Shown here: piece after piece, positions 24,637 through 34,722 of the stretch
Position numbering within the stretch: position 1 is the first letter of the stretch
How the letters are laid out: every line of letters starts with the position of its first letter
Virus record (IMG/VR): IMGVR_UViG_3300042898_002099
Length of the DNA stretch: 64,000 nucleotides
Reading direction: 5' to 3' (one strand)
Source of the DNA: a virus
Made by a program: the position numbers and the translations under genes
Notes under the pieces: model-generated
What the model was told of the DNA's origin: nothing
Databases searched by the model: none
Seen by the model: the letters and a program-made list of their open reading frames with translations, nothing else

Positions 24637-25148
24637 TATAGATTCTCGTCTTCTGTAAGTAACTGTGGCTTAGATTTTTTTACAGTCTTTGTTTTTACTT
24701 CAGAGTCTTTAACTTCAATTTTCTTTGGCTTCTTGTGCTCTGGAATAATTCTTTCCAAAAATACTTTAAGCATGCCATTGAACATTTCAGCATCTTTAAC
24801 TTCAATCTGATCTTCAAGTGTAAATGCACGAGTAAATGCTCTGTTAGCAATACCCTTGAATAAGAAGGTTTCTTCCTCTTCCGCATTTTGTACATTGCCT
24901 TTGATAATCATCTTACCGTTATCAAGTTCAATCTCAATGTCTTGCTTTGCAAAACCTGCAACTGCTACTTCAATAACATAAGTGTTATCGCCGGTTTTCT
25001 TAATATTGTAAGGTGGGTAATTTGGGATGCTCTTTGTTAGATCATCATGGATTTTAGCCATCTTGTTGAATTGATCGTCAAAGCCAACATATAGTTTGTC
25101 AAAGTCTTTGAACATATCACGACCAAAAACGTCTTTAACAAATGTCAT
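24636..25148 (-). CDS. Small heat shock protein Hsp20
   Basis: NYPPYNI, AVAGF, GIANRAFTRAF, NGMLKV. Confidence 0.93.
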   Translation of the reverse strand: MTFVKDVFGRDMFKDFDKLYVGFDDQFNKMAKIHDDLTKSIPNYPPYNIKKTGDNTYVIEVAVAGFAKQDIEIELDNGKMIIKGNVQNAEEEETFLFKGIANRAFTRAFTLEDQIEVKDAEMFNGMLKVFLERIIPEHKKPKKIEVKDSEVKTKTVKKSKPQLLTEDENL

Positions 25149-25149
25149 A

Positions 25150-25374
25150 TTACTCTCCCTTTTTATTTGTTATACCACTAATTGCGTTAGCAAAAGTTTC
25201 TGAAGCAATGTTCATTACATCGTTAGAAGTCTTGGCGACTTGCTTTGTAAAAACACGTTGTGCTTCAACAAAATCGATTAGAGGTTTTTGAAGAGAATCT
25301 TCCTTGACTGTTTGTTTGAGGAAGTTGATTTTGGCGTTTTGAATTGAATCGATAGCCATGTTTGCGTAAAACAT
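25150..25374 (-). CDS. Hypothetical helical protein
   Basis: AGGAG SD; ORF abuts hsp20. Confidence 0.7.
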   Translation of the reverse strand: MFYANMAIDSIQNAKINFLKQTVKEDSLQKPLIDFVEAQRVFTKQVAKTSNDVMNIASETFANAISGITNKKGE

Positions 25375-25565
25375 ATAGTTCTCCTATTAAGCGAGTTTTA
25401 AAATTTGCTACCCCGAAGGCATAGCGTTGATCCTGCTTACTGACTACAGGGGTACCATACGTTGTACCAGCTTTAGACGTTCCCAAGGTAGTGGGATTAA
25501 AATAGGTCGGCTTCTGGTTTATACAGCCCACACCGATTGCTGCGTTTCCCATCCCGGGGATATTA

Positions 25566-26000
25566 TTATTTAGTGCTAACAGCTAACTTTTTCTTGCCAA
25601 TGTTATACTTTGTTTCCATTTTCCATTCATCTTTTTCCTTGTGGGAAATAACCTTGATCTGTGAAAGTGGAGCATAATCTAAGAAATGCTCTGGATTATT
25701 AATTTTAACTAAGCCCCAGTCTACTAGCAACTTAGCAATAGTATTTCTTCTTTGTAAATCGTTGTCTGATAGGTCAGCCGTTTTTCCATCTAAAGCAAAT
25801 AGCTCTTTAAAGTGAACAATAAAGTATCTGCCTTGCTTGTGTAGTATGTGACAAGATTGATATAGTATTTTATCTTTTCTAGAAGCGACACCGATTCTAG
25901 TTAGAGTTTCTCGTACTTTTAAAAAATCATCCGGTTCAGCTAATATGACTTCTAAGGGATGATACCCAGGGAAGTCAATGTTTATAATGTCAGTAGTCAT
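25566..26000 (-). CDS. regA: Translational repressor RegA
   Basis: DDFLKVRETLTRIGVAS, QSCHILHKQGRYFIVHFKELF. Confidence 0.95.
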   Translation of the reverse strand: MTTDIINIDFPGYHPLEVILAEPDDFLKVRETLTRIGVASRKDKILYQSCHILHKQGRYFIVHFKELFALDGKTADLSDNDLQRRNTIAKLLVDWGLVKINNPEHFLDYAPLSQIKVISHKEKDEWKMETKYNIGKKKLAVSTK

Positions 26001-26433
26001 TCTTACCACCTTTTGTTATTCTTTTTCTCAATTCAATAATAATCGAGTCATTGAGCAGTGGTAACACTTGTTTGGCTTTTTCTGTGCTGTAGCCATAGTA
26101 TTCTTTTACAACTTCCAAGTCATCGATTTTCTCAGCCTTGATCCATTTATTGAATCTTTTTTTGGGCCTAATAATATTTATAAGAAAATCAAATTGTAGG
26201 ATTTTGTCAAGATGGGGTCTAGAATTCATCTCATTTGCGGGAATTACTGTATCATGCCCGTAAGATAAACCCTTATTAATAATATATGAGTTATATTGTT
26301 TCTCAGACCAATCATCCACAATCAACTTATCTTTGCTATAATGTATAGCATTGATAAAATCAAAGGGAGAAATTGCAGGAGCCTTATATGGAACTTCTGC
26401 TGGTTTTTCGACAGGGGTTCCAAATAGACTCAT
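25990..26433 (-). CDS. 62: Clamp loader small subunit (gp62)
   Basis: Synteny, plus EYYGYSTEKAKQ. Confidence 0.9.
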   Translation of the reverse strand: MSLFGTPVEKPAEVPYKAPAISPFDFINAIHYSKDKLIVDDWSEKQYNSYIINKGLSYGHDTVIPANEMNSRPHLDKILQFDFLINIIRPKKRFNKWIKAEKIDDLEVVKEYYGYSTEKAKQVLPLLNDSIIIELRKRITKGGKNDY

Positions 26434-26717
26434 ATTACCATCCTTATGAGCCCAATAGTATCTATAGTGGTAAGCAAGAGATAGTTGGCCAACATACCAA
26501 AAGATTTACGAGTCCAAGCAGCCCAAGCATAGAGACTGCAGCCGATAATCCATATAGGATAGAGAGTAAGAAGGGGCGGAGTGGGAACAGTAACAGCCAT
26601 GGTAATCGAACAACCAATACTAATAGCCCAAGCAACAAGCTCAACGATAAAGCGAAAAGGATGAGAATTAAAATCATCTTTTATCCAATCAAATGTGGGT
26701 TTCAATAAATCGTTCAT
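26430..26717 (-). CDS. Small membrane protein
   Basis: Three hydrophobic segments; overlaps its neighbours. Confidence 0.7.
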   Translation of the reverse strand: MNDLLKPTFDWIKDDFNSHPFRFIVELVAWAISIGCSITMAVTVPTPPLLTLYPIWIIGCSLYAWAAWTRKSFGMLANYLLLTTIDTIGLIRMVI

Positions 26718-27655
26718 TTAAATTCAACCGCTGCCATAATCTCTGTTAGACAAGCTACAAGATTGATTTCTTGATCTGCACAAAATGCTGCTTTATACTG
26801 ATAATCTGCAAGCAATAGAACAAGCTGTGGTACTTGTGTTACATGATCGGTCAATGTATCATATAATTTTCTAAAGATTGTTTGTGGATCATTGTCAATA
26901 TTATTAACAACCCACGTACGCATCTTTTTCCAATCTCCATCTTTTAACGATGAGATTAGTTCTTGCATATTAGATTCACCGAGACTAACAAAAATACCCT
27001 CATCAATTTTACCAGATGCACTATAACGCTGAAGTTCGTTTAGAACTCTTCGATAATCAGGGAAATGCTTCTCAATCACTTTTGCTATGACTTTGCCATC
27101 CGATTCGATATTCTCAATTGCCATAATTTCCATGACACGCTTAAAGAATGCGGATGCAATCTTTGGCTTTTCACTTTTAGGCAATTTAAATTCGATGACC
27201 GCTGTTCTAGAATGAAGCGGAGGAATGATTCGATTCTTAAAGTTACAAGTAAGAATGAATCTGCAATTTGACGAGAATTCTTCAATGAATGCTCGCAATG
27301 CAGGTTGTGTAGAATTAGGATTTAGATAGTCTGCCTCATCTAAAATAACAACCTTAGGTTTGCCACTGAATGATACAGTAGAAGCAAACTGTTTAATCTT
27401 TGTACGAAGAACATCAATACCAGATTCTTCTGAACCGTTAATGATGATATAATCTGTTTCTAATTCTTCACACAATGCTCGGGCAATAGTGGTCTTACCC
27501 ATACCGGCACCACCGCACAATAGCATATTTTGAATCTCCCCTTTAGACAACATCTCCTGAAAGATGTGTTTTTGGTCTGCAGGTAAAATACAATCTTCTA
27601 ATGTGAGTGGTCGATACTTCTCAACCCACAAAAACTCATTTTCACGATAATCCAT
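26714..27655 (-). CDS. 44: Clamp loader large subunit (gp44)
   Basis: WVEKYRP, GMGKTT, LDEAD. Confidence 0.95.
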   Translation of the reverse strand: MDYRENEFLWVEKYRPLTLEDCILPADQKHIFQEMLSKGEIQNMLLCGGAGMGKTTIARALCEELETDYIIINGSEESGIDVLRTKIKQFASTVSFSGKPKVVILDEADYLNPNSTQPALRAFIEEFSSNCRFILTCNFKNRIIPPLHSRTAVIEFKLPKSEKPKIASAFFKRVMEIMAIENIESDGKVIAKVIEKHFPDYRRVLNELQRYSASGKIDEGIFVSLGESNMQELISSLKDGDWKKMRTWVVNNIDNDPQTIFRKLYDTLTDHVTQVPQLVLLLADYQYKAAFCADQEINLVACLTEIMAAVEFK

Positions 27656-27708
27656 AATAACTCCATAATATTAAATTTGCGCGATTTTTATAGCGCAGTC
27701 AAAATGCA

Positions 27709-28365
27709 TCAAACAATAGAGTCGGGTTCCATTGCAATGAAATACTCAATTGCTTTTGTAGCGTGTTGGAAGTGAAAAGCTTTCTTCTTTGAAATTGTAA
27801 CTGTGTATGCGTCAGGGAAAATTTTAAAGTTCTCAACTGCCATATGGCAATCAAAAGAATGCTCGCTTTTACCAATTACTTTCTTGTAGGTATTTGCTGT
27901 GTCGTTTTTCTTATCACCGATAGTTAAAGAAACGTCGTCACCTTTACTGGAGATTGTGATTGTAGGTGAGCTTGTGATAGCAGCTGCCTTCATAATCATA
28001 TTAACATCTTCAGATGAGAGTTTAAACTGATAGTGATTATCAATCTCAATGCTCTTGTCAGGTGCCGCAACAATAACTGTTGGGCTAGAATAGAAGTACT
28101 CAAATTTGCCGTTGTCTTTAGAAATGTTTAGGCTCTTATCACCAAACTCAACATTTTGATTTTCCATTAATGTTAGCAACGCCAACAAAGAGTTCAAATC
28201 ATATACAGCTACTTCTGTGGGGAAATCTTCTACGACTTCAGCCTTAGCAAAAATGTTTTTTGCTGTACTAATTGTAGATAAAGTCTTACCTTTGCGAATC
28301 ATAATATTACTATTAATCGCCGCAAAGTTCTTCAAGATTTGGATTGTTTCATTACTTATTTGCAT
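27709..28365 (-). CDS. 45: Sliding clamp (gp45)
   Basis: ILKNFAAINSNI, VYDLNSLL, IAME. Confidence 0.92.
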   Translation of the reverse strand: MQISNETIQILKNFAAINSNIMIRKGKTLSTISTAKNIFAKAEVVEDFPTEVAVYDLNSLLALLTLMENQNVEFGDKSLNISKDNGKFEYFYSSPTVIVAAPDKSIEIDNHYQFKLSSEDVNMIMKAAAITSSPTITISSKGDDVSLTIGDKKNDTANTYKKVIGKSEHSFDCHMAVENFKIFPDAYTVTISKKKAFHFQHATKAIEYFIAMEPDSIV

Positions 28366-28652
28366 TATTTAGCTCCTTGGGTTTCAATGTCATGTACATA
28401 TAATAGCATCATTGCGTAGTGTAACACCTTTAGTATGTCTTGTCTATTGCTTCCGGCTTTCTTGCCGTATCTTTGTGCATACTTCATCACGTTACCGACG
28501 GTGAACCCTACACCGTGACCGCTATCAATTATAAATTCTGTTGCTTGGAATTTGTTCAAAGAATAATGCTCACCATAAGTAGCATCAATATATTGTTTGA
28601 ATTCTTTTAACAATTCGCCTTCGTTGTATTTGTAGTTTACTTCTTTCGCCAC
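28365..28652 (-). CDS. DUF3310-like protein
   Basis: TYGEHY, GNVMKYAQRYGKK, DILKVLHY. Confidence 0.7.
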   Translation of the reverse strand: MAKEVNYKYNEGELLKEFKQYIDATYGEHYSLNKFQATEFIIDSGHGVGFTVGNVMKYAQRYGKKAGSNRQDILKVLHYAMMLLYVHDIETQGAK

Positions 28653-29368
28653 GGATAATCACCTTTGTACTTTTGTTCCATAAATTTATTTCCTTGCAAG
28701 AAGAAATTTGCTTGCACGGAATCCGCTCTATTACCTACTCTATAATTGAGAGAATACTCACCATTCGTATTGTAGGTAAATCCATACTGAAGTAGAACTT
28801 GCATAATAACACGATCTATTTCAGGTTGATCGTCAGGATGTCTAGCTCTCCTATACCATAAAGGAGAGATTTGTATTGCTATAGGCGTTGGTAAAAAATA
28901 TGCACCAACATCAACAAACAATTCCTGTTCACTTAGACAGGTTGGCCATAAGCCAAGATTTTCGCAATCATCATTACAAATATAATTACTATCTTTGTCT
29001 ATAATTTTTCGCAGAGAAAACGCCCAGTCATGTTTCTCCGCAACCTTAACTAATGTCTCAATGTGTGTGGGATCAATGTAATTATCTTCGTCTAGGAAAA
29101 TGAGATAATCTGAATTACAAATATAAGACATAGAACCATATATCCTATGTCCGTTGTATTGATTTGCCCCAGTATTCTCTGGAAGACATAAAACAGTTTT
29201 TCCATCATAACCACCTATAACTTGTTGCGCATTCTTAATATAACCAGGGCCATCAATAACTACAAGATGTTCTACATTATCATAAGTTTGTTCAGAAACA
29301 GAACGAAGATTATCTTTTAAATAAATTGATCCTGTTGTGGGTGTAATCACCGTCACCTTTTTACTCAT
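28637..29368 (-). CDS. Glycosyltransferase family 2
   Basis: VTVITPT, SVSEQTY, FLDED. Confidence 0.85.
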   Translation of the reverse strand: MSKKVTVITPTTGSIYLKDNLRSVSEQTYDNVEHLVVIDGPGYIKNAQQVIGGYDGKTVLCLPENTGANQYNGHRIYGSMSYICNSDYLIFLDEDNYIDPTHIETLVKVAEKHDWAFSLRKIIDKDSNYICNDDCENLGLWPTCLSEQELFVDVGAYFLPTPIAIQISPLWYRRARHPDDQPEIDRVIMQVLLQYGFTYNTNGEYSLNYRVGNRADSVQANFFLQGNKFMEQKYKGDYPWRKK

Positions 29369-30050
29369 ATTCTACAACCTCTATACCATCAGGTACTTTT
29401 ACTACAATTCCACCCATATTAGGTTTTCTTGCGTTGTGATAAAACACTTTCCCTTTAATTTTATCTTTATAAAATAACTGGAATACTAAATTGTTTATAC
29501 CACTGTTAATCACATGAACTTCTTTTGCATTACAAATTGTATCTACATAATCTAATACATCATCTGTATCTTCTTTAATGGCAACATGACAAGGATAATT
29601 AGAATTAATCTTGAGATCAAAACTACCATAACTACTTGCATTGTGCATAAAAATATAGTCTGTTCCTAGCTTGCTAGTTATTTTATTATATAACTCTAAT
29701 GAACCATCTAATCTTGTTGGCAAAACAAATCTATCATATTCATCATTTGGATTAATACCTGATGTAGTATAAAATGATTCTTCAAAATTATCATAGTCAC
29801 AATTTTCAAAGCCGACTCTCATTAAAGCATGAGATGTTTGTTGAGCATGCTTTAAACAATCTTCCATTTCATTTTCAACAGGAATAATTGTTATATTAGG
29901 GAAGTCCTCATATAAATGTTCCACTGTCTTAGTATAATGTTTCTTGCATATTAAGTCAATATCGTAGTGATCCGTTAATGCATGAACCAAGCCATTACAT
30001 ATAAAATGGTCACCTAGACCAGTGTGATGATGTACTATTATTTTTGTCAT
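29361..30050 (-). CDS. Putative glycosyltransferase-like protein
   Basis: HHTGLGDHFICNG; sugar-cluster context. Confidence 0.55.
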   Translation of the reverse strand: MTKIIVHHHTGLGDHFICNGLVHALTDHYDIDLICKKHYTKTVEHLYEDFPNITIIPVENEMEDCLKHAQQTSHALMRVGFENCDYDNFEESFYTTSGINPNDEYDRFVLPTRLDGSLELYNKITSKLGTDYIFMHNASSYGSFDLKINSNYPCHVAIKEDTDDVLDYVDTICNAKEVHVINSGINNLVFQLFYKDKIKGKVFYHNARKPNMGGIVVKVPDGIEVVEYE

Positions 30051-30682
30051 ACTAATGCAGGATCATATATAGAGTTTTCGTGTTCGTCATATGTTTGTCC
30101 TATAAAGTCTCGGCCAACTTCTTTATAACTTTCACGCATCCAGACGCGTTCTTTAATACCATGTACCATCGCATCGTCTTTTAAAGCAGGCCAAACCATA
30201 TCTCGTAAATAGAACTGGTCAACTAGATATTGATGCGTAGACCAATATCGTTTAATGCCTTCTGCTAGATTGTGTGGCAACCCATCTTTAATTCCCCACA
30301 TACCTGCAAGTATCGGAAATTCGTAATGGTTAATATGATCTCGTATAACAGATAATTTACTATCTGTATCTAACCATTCATCTACAATTTGTCTTTCTCT
30401 TAAAGACAATCTAGAATCAGTATCTCTCGATAAGACAATAGTATCTTTTTGCATTGAGAAAAATCTCCAGAATGCACCAAATGAACCGTTATCAATTTTA
30501 ATTGTTTCCACATTAGAAAATTCATCTAATGCTGCAATGTAAATTTTAGGTACAGTTTGATCATAATAAAAATGACAAGTCCATTCTGGAAAAAACTTTC
30601 TTGCCAACTGGGCGTTTCTAATTGCGCCAACACAATACTTAGGGTTGTCTCCCCACAAACTAAATGATATAATTTTTTTCAT
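30047..30682 (-). CDS. Putative glycosyltransferase-like protein
   Basis: ISFSLWG, WRFF, RDTDSR, AGMWG. Confidence 0.6.
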   Translation of the reverse strand: MKKIISFSLWGDNPKYCVGAIRNAQLARKFFPEWTCHFYYDQTVPKIYIAALDEFSNVETIKIDNGSFGAFWRFFSMQKDTIVLSRDTDSRLSLRERQIVDEWLDTDSKLSVIRDHINHYEFPILAGMWGIKDGLPHNLAEGIKRYWSTHQYLVDQFYLRDMVWPALKDDAMVHGIKERVWMRESYKEVGRDFIGQTYDEHENSIYDPALV

Positions 30683-30683
30683 T

Positions 30684-31394
30684 TTAAGTATAATATTTAG
30701 ATAGACCGTCTTTATTATTTTTAATAAGACCAAATGCTTCTTTTACATCAGGTGTTAAACTATTATACAAATGCCACATTTCTTGTTCTGCTTGATCTGT
30801 ATTATAATTTGTTCCTCTTGGATGTTCTATAGTATGAGCATAGTCTCTCACAACAGGTCTCTTATTAATAAAACATAGTGCAGGGAAAATAATATCCCAG
30901 CACCATCCCATTTTATATTGGCTAAAATCTAAGTTGCGTTCCTTGTACCAATTGATTACATCTTTATGAATAAACCAACAAGTACAATCTGTATTAGCAA
31001 CAATTTTTAATTTATCGATAGGAAAATCTAAAGTGTTGACATCTGTGCGAGTAGAATCATACCAAGTGTAATCTACATTCGGAGCATAAATGCCCCAATC
31101 CGTTACATCATAATATTTTTCAGCATCATCGTATAACTTTTTCCAATCACTATAAGATGCATCTGCTTGTATATGAAACATGACATCAGCATCAAACAAC
31201 TCAATTGCTTTTAAAAATTGAGCAGTGAAATAACTTTCCTCGCCAATGTTGTGCCAATTAGGATCGTCCTCACGGTGATTGTCGTCACTATTAATAACGA
31301 CAGGCACGACCCCAATGGCACTCAGTTGCGTTTGCTTTTCTTTGGTCTTTTCATACTGACCTTGCCAATTAAAGATAAAGGTCTGTATTTTCAT
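30684..31394 (-). CDS. Putative glycosyltransferase-like protein
   Basis: Context, plus HIQAD and MGWCWD. Confidence 0.5.
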   Translation of the reverse strand: MKIQTFIFNWQGQYEKTKEKQTQLSAIGVVPVVINSDDNHREDDPNWHNIGEESYFTAQFLKAIELFDADVMFHIQADASYSDWKKLYDDAEKYYDVTDWGIYAPNVDYTWYDSTRTDVNTLDFPIDKLKIVANTDCTCWFIHKDVINWYKERNLDFSQYKMGWCWDIIFPALCFINKRPVVRDYAHTIEHPRGTNYNTDQAEQEMWHLYNSLTPDVKEAFGLIKNNKDGLSKYYT

Positions 31395-32269
31395 TAAGCT
31401 CTCATATCAATTTTATTATACACTACAGAATCAAACCAATTTAAGAAATTGTTCAATATCATATAATCGCGAGGTACACCTCCAGCAAGCTTAGGTGAAT
31501 TTAAGAATCTGTTATATAGATCTTCGTCTTCATCTAATTTCTGAATAAAGTACATAACCTCGCTCATGCTACCAAAGTCGTGTACATTGATAAAGGAGTT
31601 AGTATTAAAATCTGATGCAATTGTTGGACTACCCCAGTAAATAGGAATAGTCTGTGCATAGAATGCGTGAAGGATTTTCTCTGTAACATAACCAGGATTT
31701 GATCCAGACTCAAAACAAATATTAAATTTTCTTGTTGATAAGAAATCGATCTTAGCAACTTCTCCATCTAATTTTGCCTTGATGTTATTATATAAAGCAC
31801 CACCGCTGTCTACTGGTTTAACGGCATTAAGTTGTTTAAAGAAGTCATTACGTTCTTCGCAACCTGGATTTGATACAACAAAAGAACAGAATGAAGTTTT
31901 CTCTTTAGGTGTATGCTCGCCTAAAATATGATAATACTTATAATCTGTATTATGAATCATATCCAATGACCACATATAGATCACAAACAAAGGCAAACGA
32001 TAATGCCAATTATTGTAGTTGTGGTCAAATGATATTGCATAGTGACAATCATAATTATCGGGTCTACGATTTTCACCAGTATAGAAAATCTTAACGCAAT
32101 CCTTTTTAGACCATTTTTTATTTTCTGTACCGAAATTTTCGTCGCCGAAGATCAAATAGTCAGGATTTTCATTGTCAATTTCAATGTCATACCGATTAGA
32201 CAATAAGCTATAAAAGAACTGACTTAGATGGTCGTGGGTGTCAGCAAACCCTAATTTTAATTTTTTCAT
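31394..32269 (-). CDS. GT10 alpha-1,3-fucosyltransferase-like protein
   Basis: YTGEN, FVVSN, KFNICFES..GYVTEKI..IPIYWG. Confidence 0.88.
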   Translation of the reverse strand: MKKLKLGFADTHDHLSQFFYSLLSNRYDIEIDNENPDYLIFGDENFGTENKKWSKKDCVKIFYTGENRRPDNYDCHYAISFDHNYNNWHYRLPLFVIYMWSLDMIHNTDYKYYHILGEHTPKEKTSFCSFVVSNPGCEERNDFFKQLNAVKPVDSGGALYNNIKAKLDGEVAKIDFLSTRKFNICFESGSNPGYVTEKILHAFYAQTIPIYWGSPTIASDFNTNSFINVHDFGSMSEVMYFIQKLDEDEDLYNRFLNSPKLAGGVPRDYMILNNFLNWFDSVVYNKIDMRA

Positions 32270-33225
32270 AGGCTATCAGTCAATTCTTTCAAAGAGTTAT
32301 GAATGTTTGCTATATCGTCTGAAGATAAAGTGCTAATATCACTAATAGGTGTAATAGTATATTTGCACTTAATATCTAAGCCATTTGACATTGTTTCTGT
32401 AGGTGGTTTACCAATACCCCAACTTACATTATATGATAAGAACTTTTTATTTGGATTCATATAATTATTATATGTTTCGCAGAAGACAAACGGTCCTGAA
32501 TTCTTACCTACGATTGCGTCACAATGTTCACTTAGGTATGAAATTTCCTGCAAGTCGCAGTTGTTAACTTCTCGATCTTCCCATGGAGCACGCTTGTCCT
32601 CAACTTCATTATCTACAATAATATCATCAGTAAATAAAACATTGTTTAATGTAGTATCAAATTTTGTAGTGCAAATAAAATCGATGCTAGGAGATTCTTC
32701 TGCAGCAAGATTAATGAAGTCTTGCATATTGTCTGAGAATGATTGACCGGACTTCGGCGGACCATTACAAATTAGAATCTTTTTATTAGTATTGGTCTTT
32801 AAAAATTCATCGATACTAGACACATCAAATTTTGTAAAATCAATCTTTGGTAGATACGATTCTTTTTCTGCTCGTAATGCTATTTCTGTATTAAAATGAC
32901 CATTAATTGTATCTAAGATTTTATCCCATTGATGCCACAGTGAGTTCATATTAATACCACCATGCTCACAGAAAATATCCCAGAAACAACCGATCCAAGT
33001 ATTAATATACAACACACCTTCGTCTTGATAGAAAGGAGTCTTTGCATCTAAATTTTCAGGTGCACCAATTACAGGAATATTTAAATCTCTGGTTAATTTG
33101 GGGTGATTAAAATGCATATACTCAAAAGTAAAATCAGGCAACTCATTTTGTAGTTGACGAATAAACTCTTTATGTGTTAGCAAATCACCTCGGTGATAGT
33201 GATTAAAGAAAATAATTTTAGACAT
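32266..33225 (-). CDS. Putative GT-B-like protein
   Basis: HRGD at the N-terminus and VGKNSGP. Confidence 0.5.
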   Translation of the reverse strand: MSKIIFFNHYHRGDLLTHKEFIRQLQNELPDFTFEYMHFNHPKLTRDLNIPVIGAPENLDAKTPFYQDEGVLYINTWIGCFWDIFCEHGGINMNSLWHQWDKILDTINGHFNTEIALRAEKESYLPKIDFTKFDVSSIDEFLKTNTNKKILICNGPPKSGQSFSDNMQDFINLAAEESPSIDFICTTKFDTTLNNVLFTDDIIVDNEVEDKRAPWEDREVNNCDLQEISYLSEHCDAIVGKNSGPFVFCETYNNYMNPNKKFLSYNVSWGIGKPPTETMSNGLDIKCKYTITPISDISTLSSDDIANIHNSLKELTDSL

Positions 33226-33569
33226 TACTTAACACCTTTATATAATTTTACAGAATCTTCTACTAATGATCTGTTTGTTCTGATTGCATTATCGACCATT
33301 AAATTAACTGCTTGCACATAACGAGGTCTTTTAACTTTAAAGCAAATGTCGCACTTGCGTTTTAAGTCTGCAATTTCCTCATCTGATTTTGCAGCTTGAA
33401 TTGCATCTTCCAACATCCACATACGGATATGAATAATTGCGAGTTTTTCAATAACTTCGCCTAGGTTATCTGTTTCAATATATTCAGAGTCAGGAAGATC
33501 TCCCTTTGCTAATACATCATGAACAGTTTGTTTAATAATTTGTTCTATGCTCTCACCTAAATTTGTCAT
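33225..33569 (-). CDS. Hypothetical protein (DUF4254-like)
   Basis: GEVIEKLAIIHIRMWMLED. Confidence 0.55.
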   Translation of the reverse strand: MTNLGESIEQIIKQTVHDVLAKGDLPDSEYIETDNLGEVIEKLAIIHIRMWMLEDAIQAAKSDEEIADLKRKCDICFKVKRPRYVQAVNLMVDNAIRTNRSLVEDSVKLYKGVK

Positions 33570-34722
33570 CAATTTTCTCCACAACTTGTTTTAAGAACGC
33601 CATATCTTTTTCAGTTACAAAATGATTGTTACCAATATAAACACCTTGAGTATGAACTAAATCTGCATTTGTTCTGTCTTTAGATGTTTCAATTTTGTAA
33701 CCATTTAAAAATGGCTGTGCCAATAAATTACCAGCAACAACCGGTCTATATTCAATACCATTTTCAGCAAATGTTTCCTTCATTGCCAACATAATCTCTT
33801 TAGACTTGCAGATGAAAGGTAAACAAAAACTGCTGTTCGTTGCTGAATTTTTAATATTATAAAATAAATGTTCGTGCTTGTCTATAATATCAGTAAATAA
33901 TTTGTGATTTCTATTCCTAATTTCAATCATTTTAGTCAAACGCTTTAATTGCGATGAACCTAGAACAGCACAAATCTCATGATTTCTAAAATTGTAGCCA
34001 TCCGTAACAAACAAAAATTGTTTATCAATGTCTGGATTAAGTGCAGCATAATCGGCAAATCTTGTAGACTCTCTTGCCATACCGTGACTACGTTTTAATT
34101 TCATTAAATCATATAGGTCAGTATTGTTTGTTGAAACCATACCACCTTCAACTGTAGACATATGATGTCCAAAATAGAAACTAAATGTTGCGCCTAAACT
34201 ATTCGCGCCACGTTTAACACCGCTAGGATCAGTACAACCATGTGATTCGCATACGTCATCTATAATAATTGCTTTAGGAAAAATCTTAGATAAAGATTCG
34301 TTGTCTGCGGAGAATCCTAATAGATGAGTAACAAAGATCATTTTAATGTCATGATTCTTAGAAATCTTTATTGCGTCTACAAGATCAAAACTAAAATTAT
34401 CAACATTAATATCGCAGAATACAGGTTCAAGGCCTAGTTGCATAATTGGTGCAACATTAGTCATCCAAGTACAGGCTGGCAATAATACTTTGTCGCCATT
34501 CTTCAAACCATATAATTCTTTAACTGCAGCTACCAATAAGAAGTTTGCTGTGCTTCCAGATGAAACATACAATGAATGTTTAGCACCAAGCCACTCACTC
34601 CATTCTTGCTCAAACTTTTTAACCTTTTCACCGAAGGTAAATTTCTTAGCTGTTAGCGCAAAATGCGCCATTTTTAATCTGTCACCGAGGGTGATTGTTT
34701 CACCCATTAAAGGCCATTTCAT
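33553..34722 (-). CDS. DegT/DnrJ-family enzyme, ColD-like GDP-4-keto-6-deoxymannose 3-dehydratase
   Basis: SSGSTAN, DVCESHG, FSFYFGHHMSTVEGG with His at the usual PLP-Lys position. Confidence 0.8.
   Translation of the reverse strand: MKWPLMGETITLGDRLKMAHFALTAKKFTFGEKVKKFEQEWSEWLGAKHSLYVSSGSTANFLLVAAVKELYGLKNGDKVLLPACTWMTNVAPIMQLGLEPVFCDINVDNFSFDLVDAIKISKNHDIKMIFVTHLLGFSADNESLSKIFPKAIIIDDVCESHGCTDPSGVKRGANSLGATFSFYFGHHMSTVEGGMVSTNNTDLYDLMKLKRSHGMARESTRFADYAALNPDIDKQFLFVTDGYNFRNHEICAVLGSSQLKRLTKMIEIRNRNHKLFTDIIDKHEHLFYNIKNSATNSSFCLPFICKSKEIMLAMKETFAENGIEYRPVVAGNLLAQPFLNGYKIETSKDRTNADLVHTQGVYIGNNHFVTEKDMAFLKQVVEKIDDKFR

Noticed and set aside
25265-25552. 95 aa ORF over the hsp20-unit leader
   Set aside because: No SD, overlaps 25150..25374 out of frame, and the region is better explained as structured RNA.
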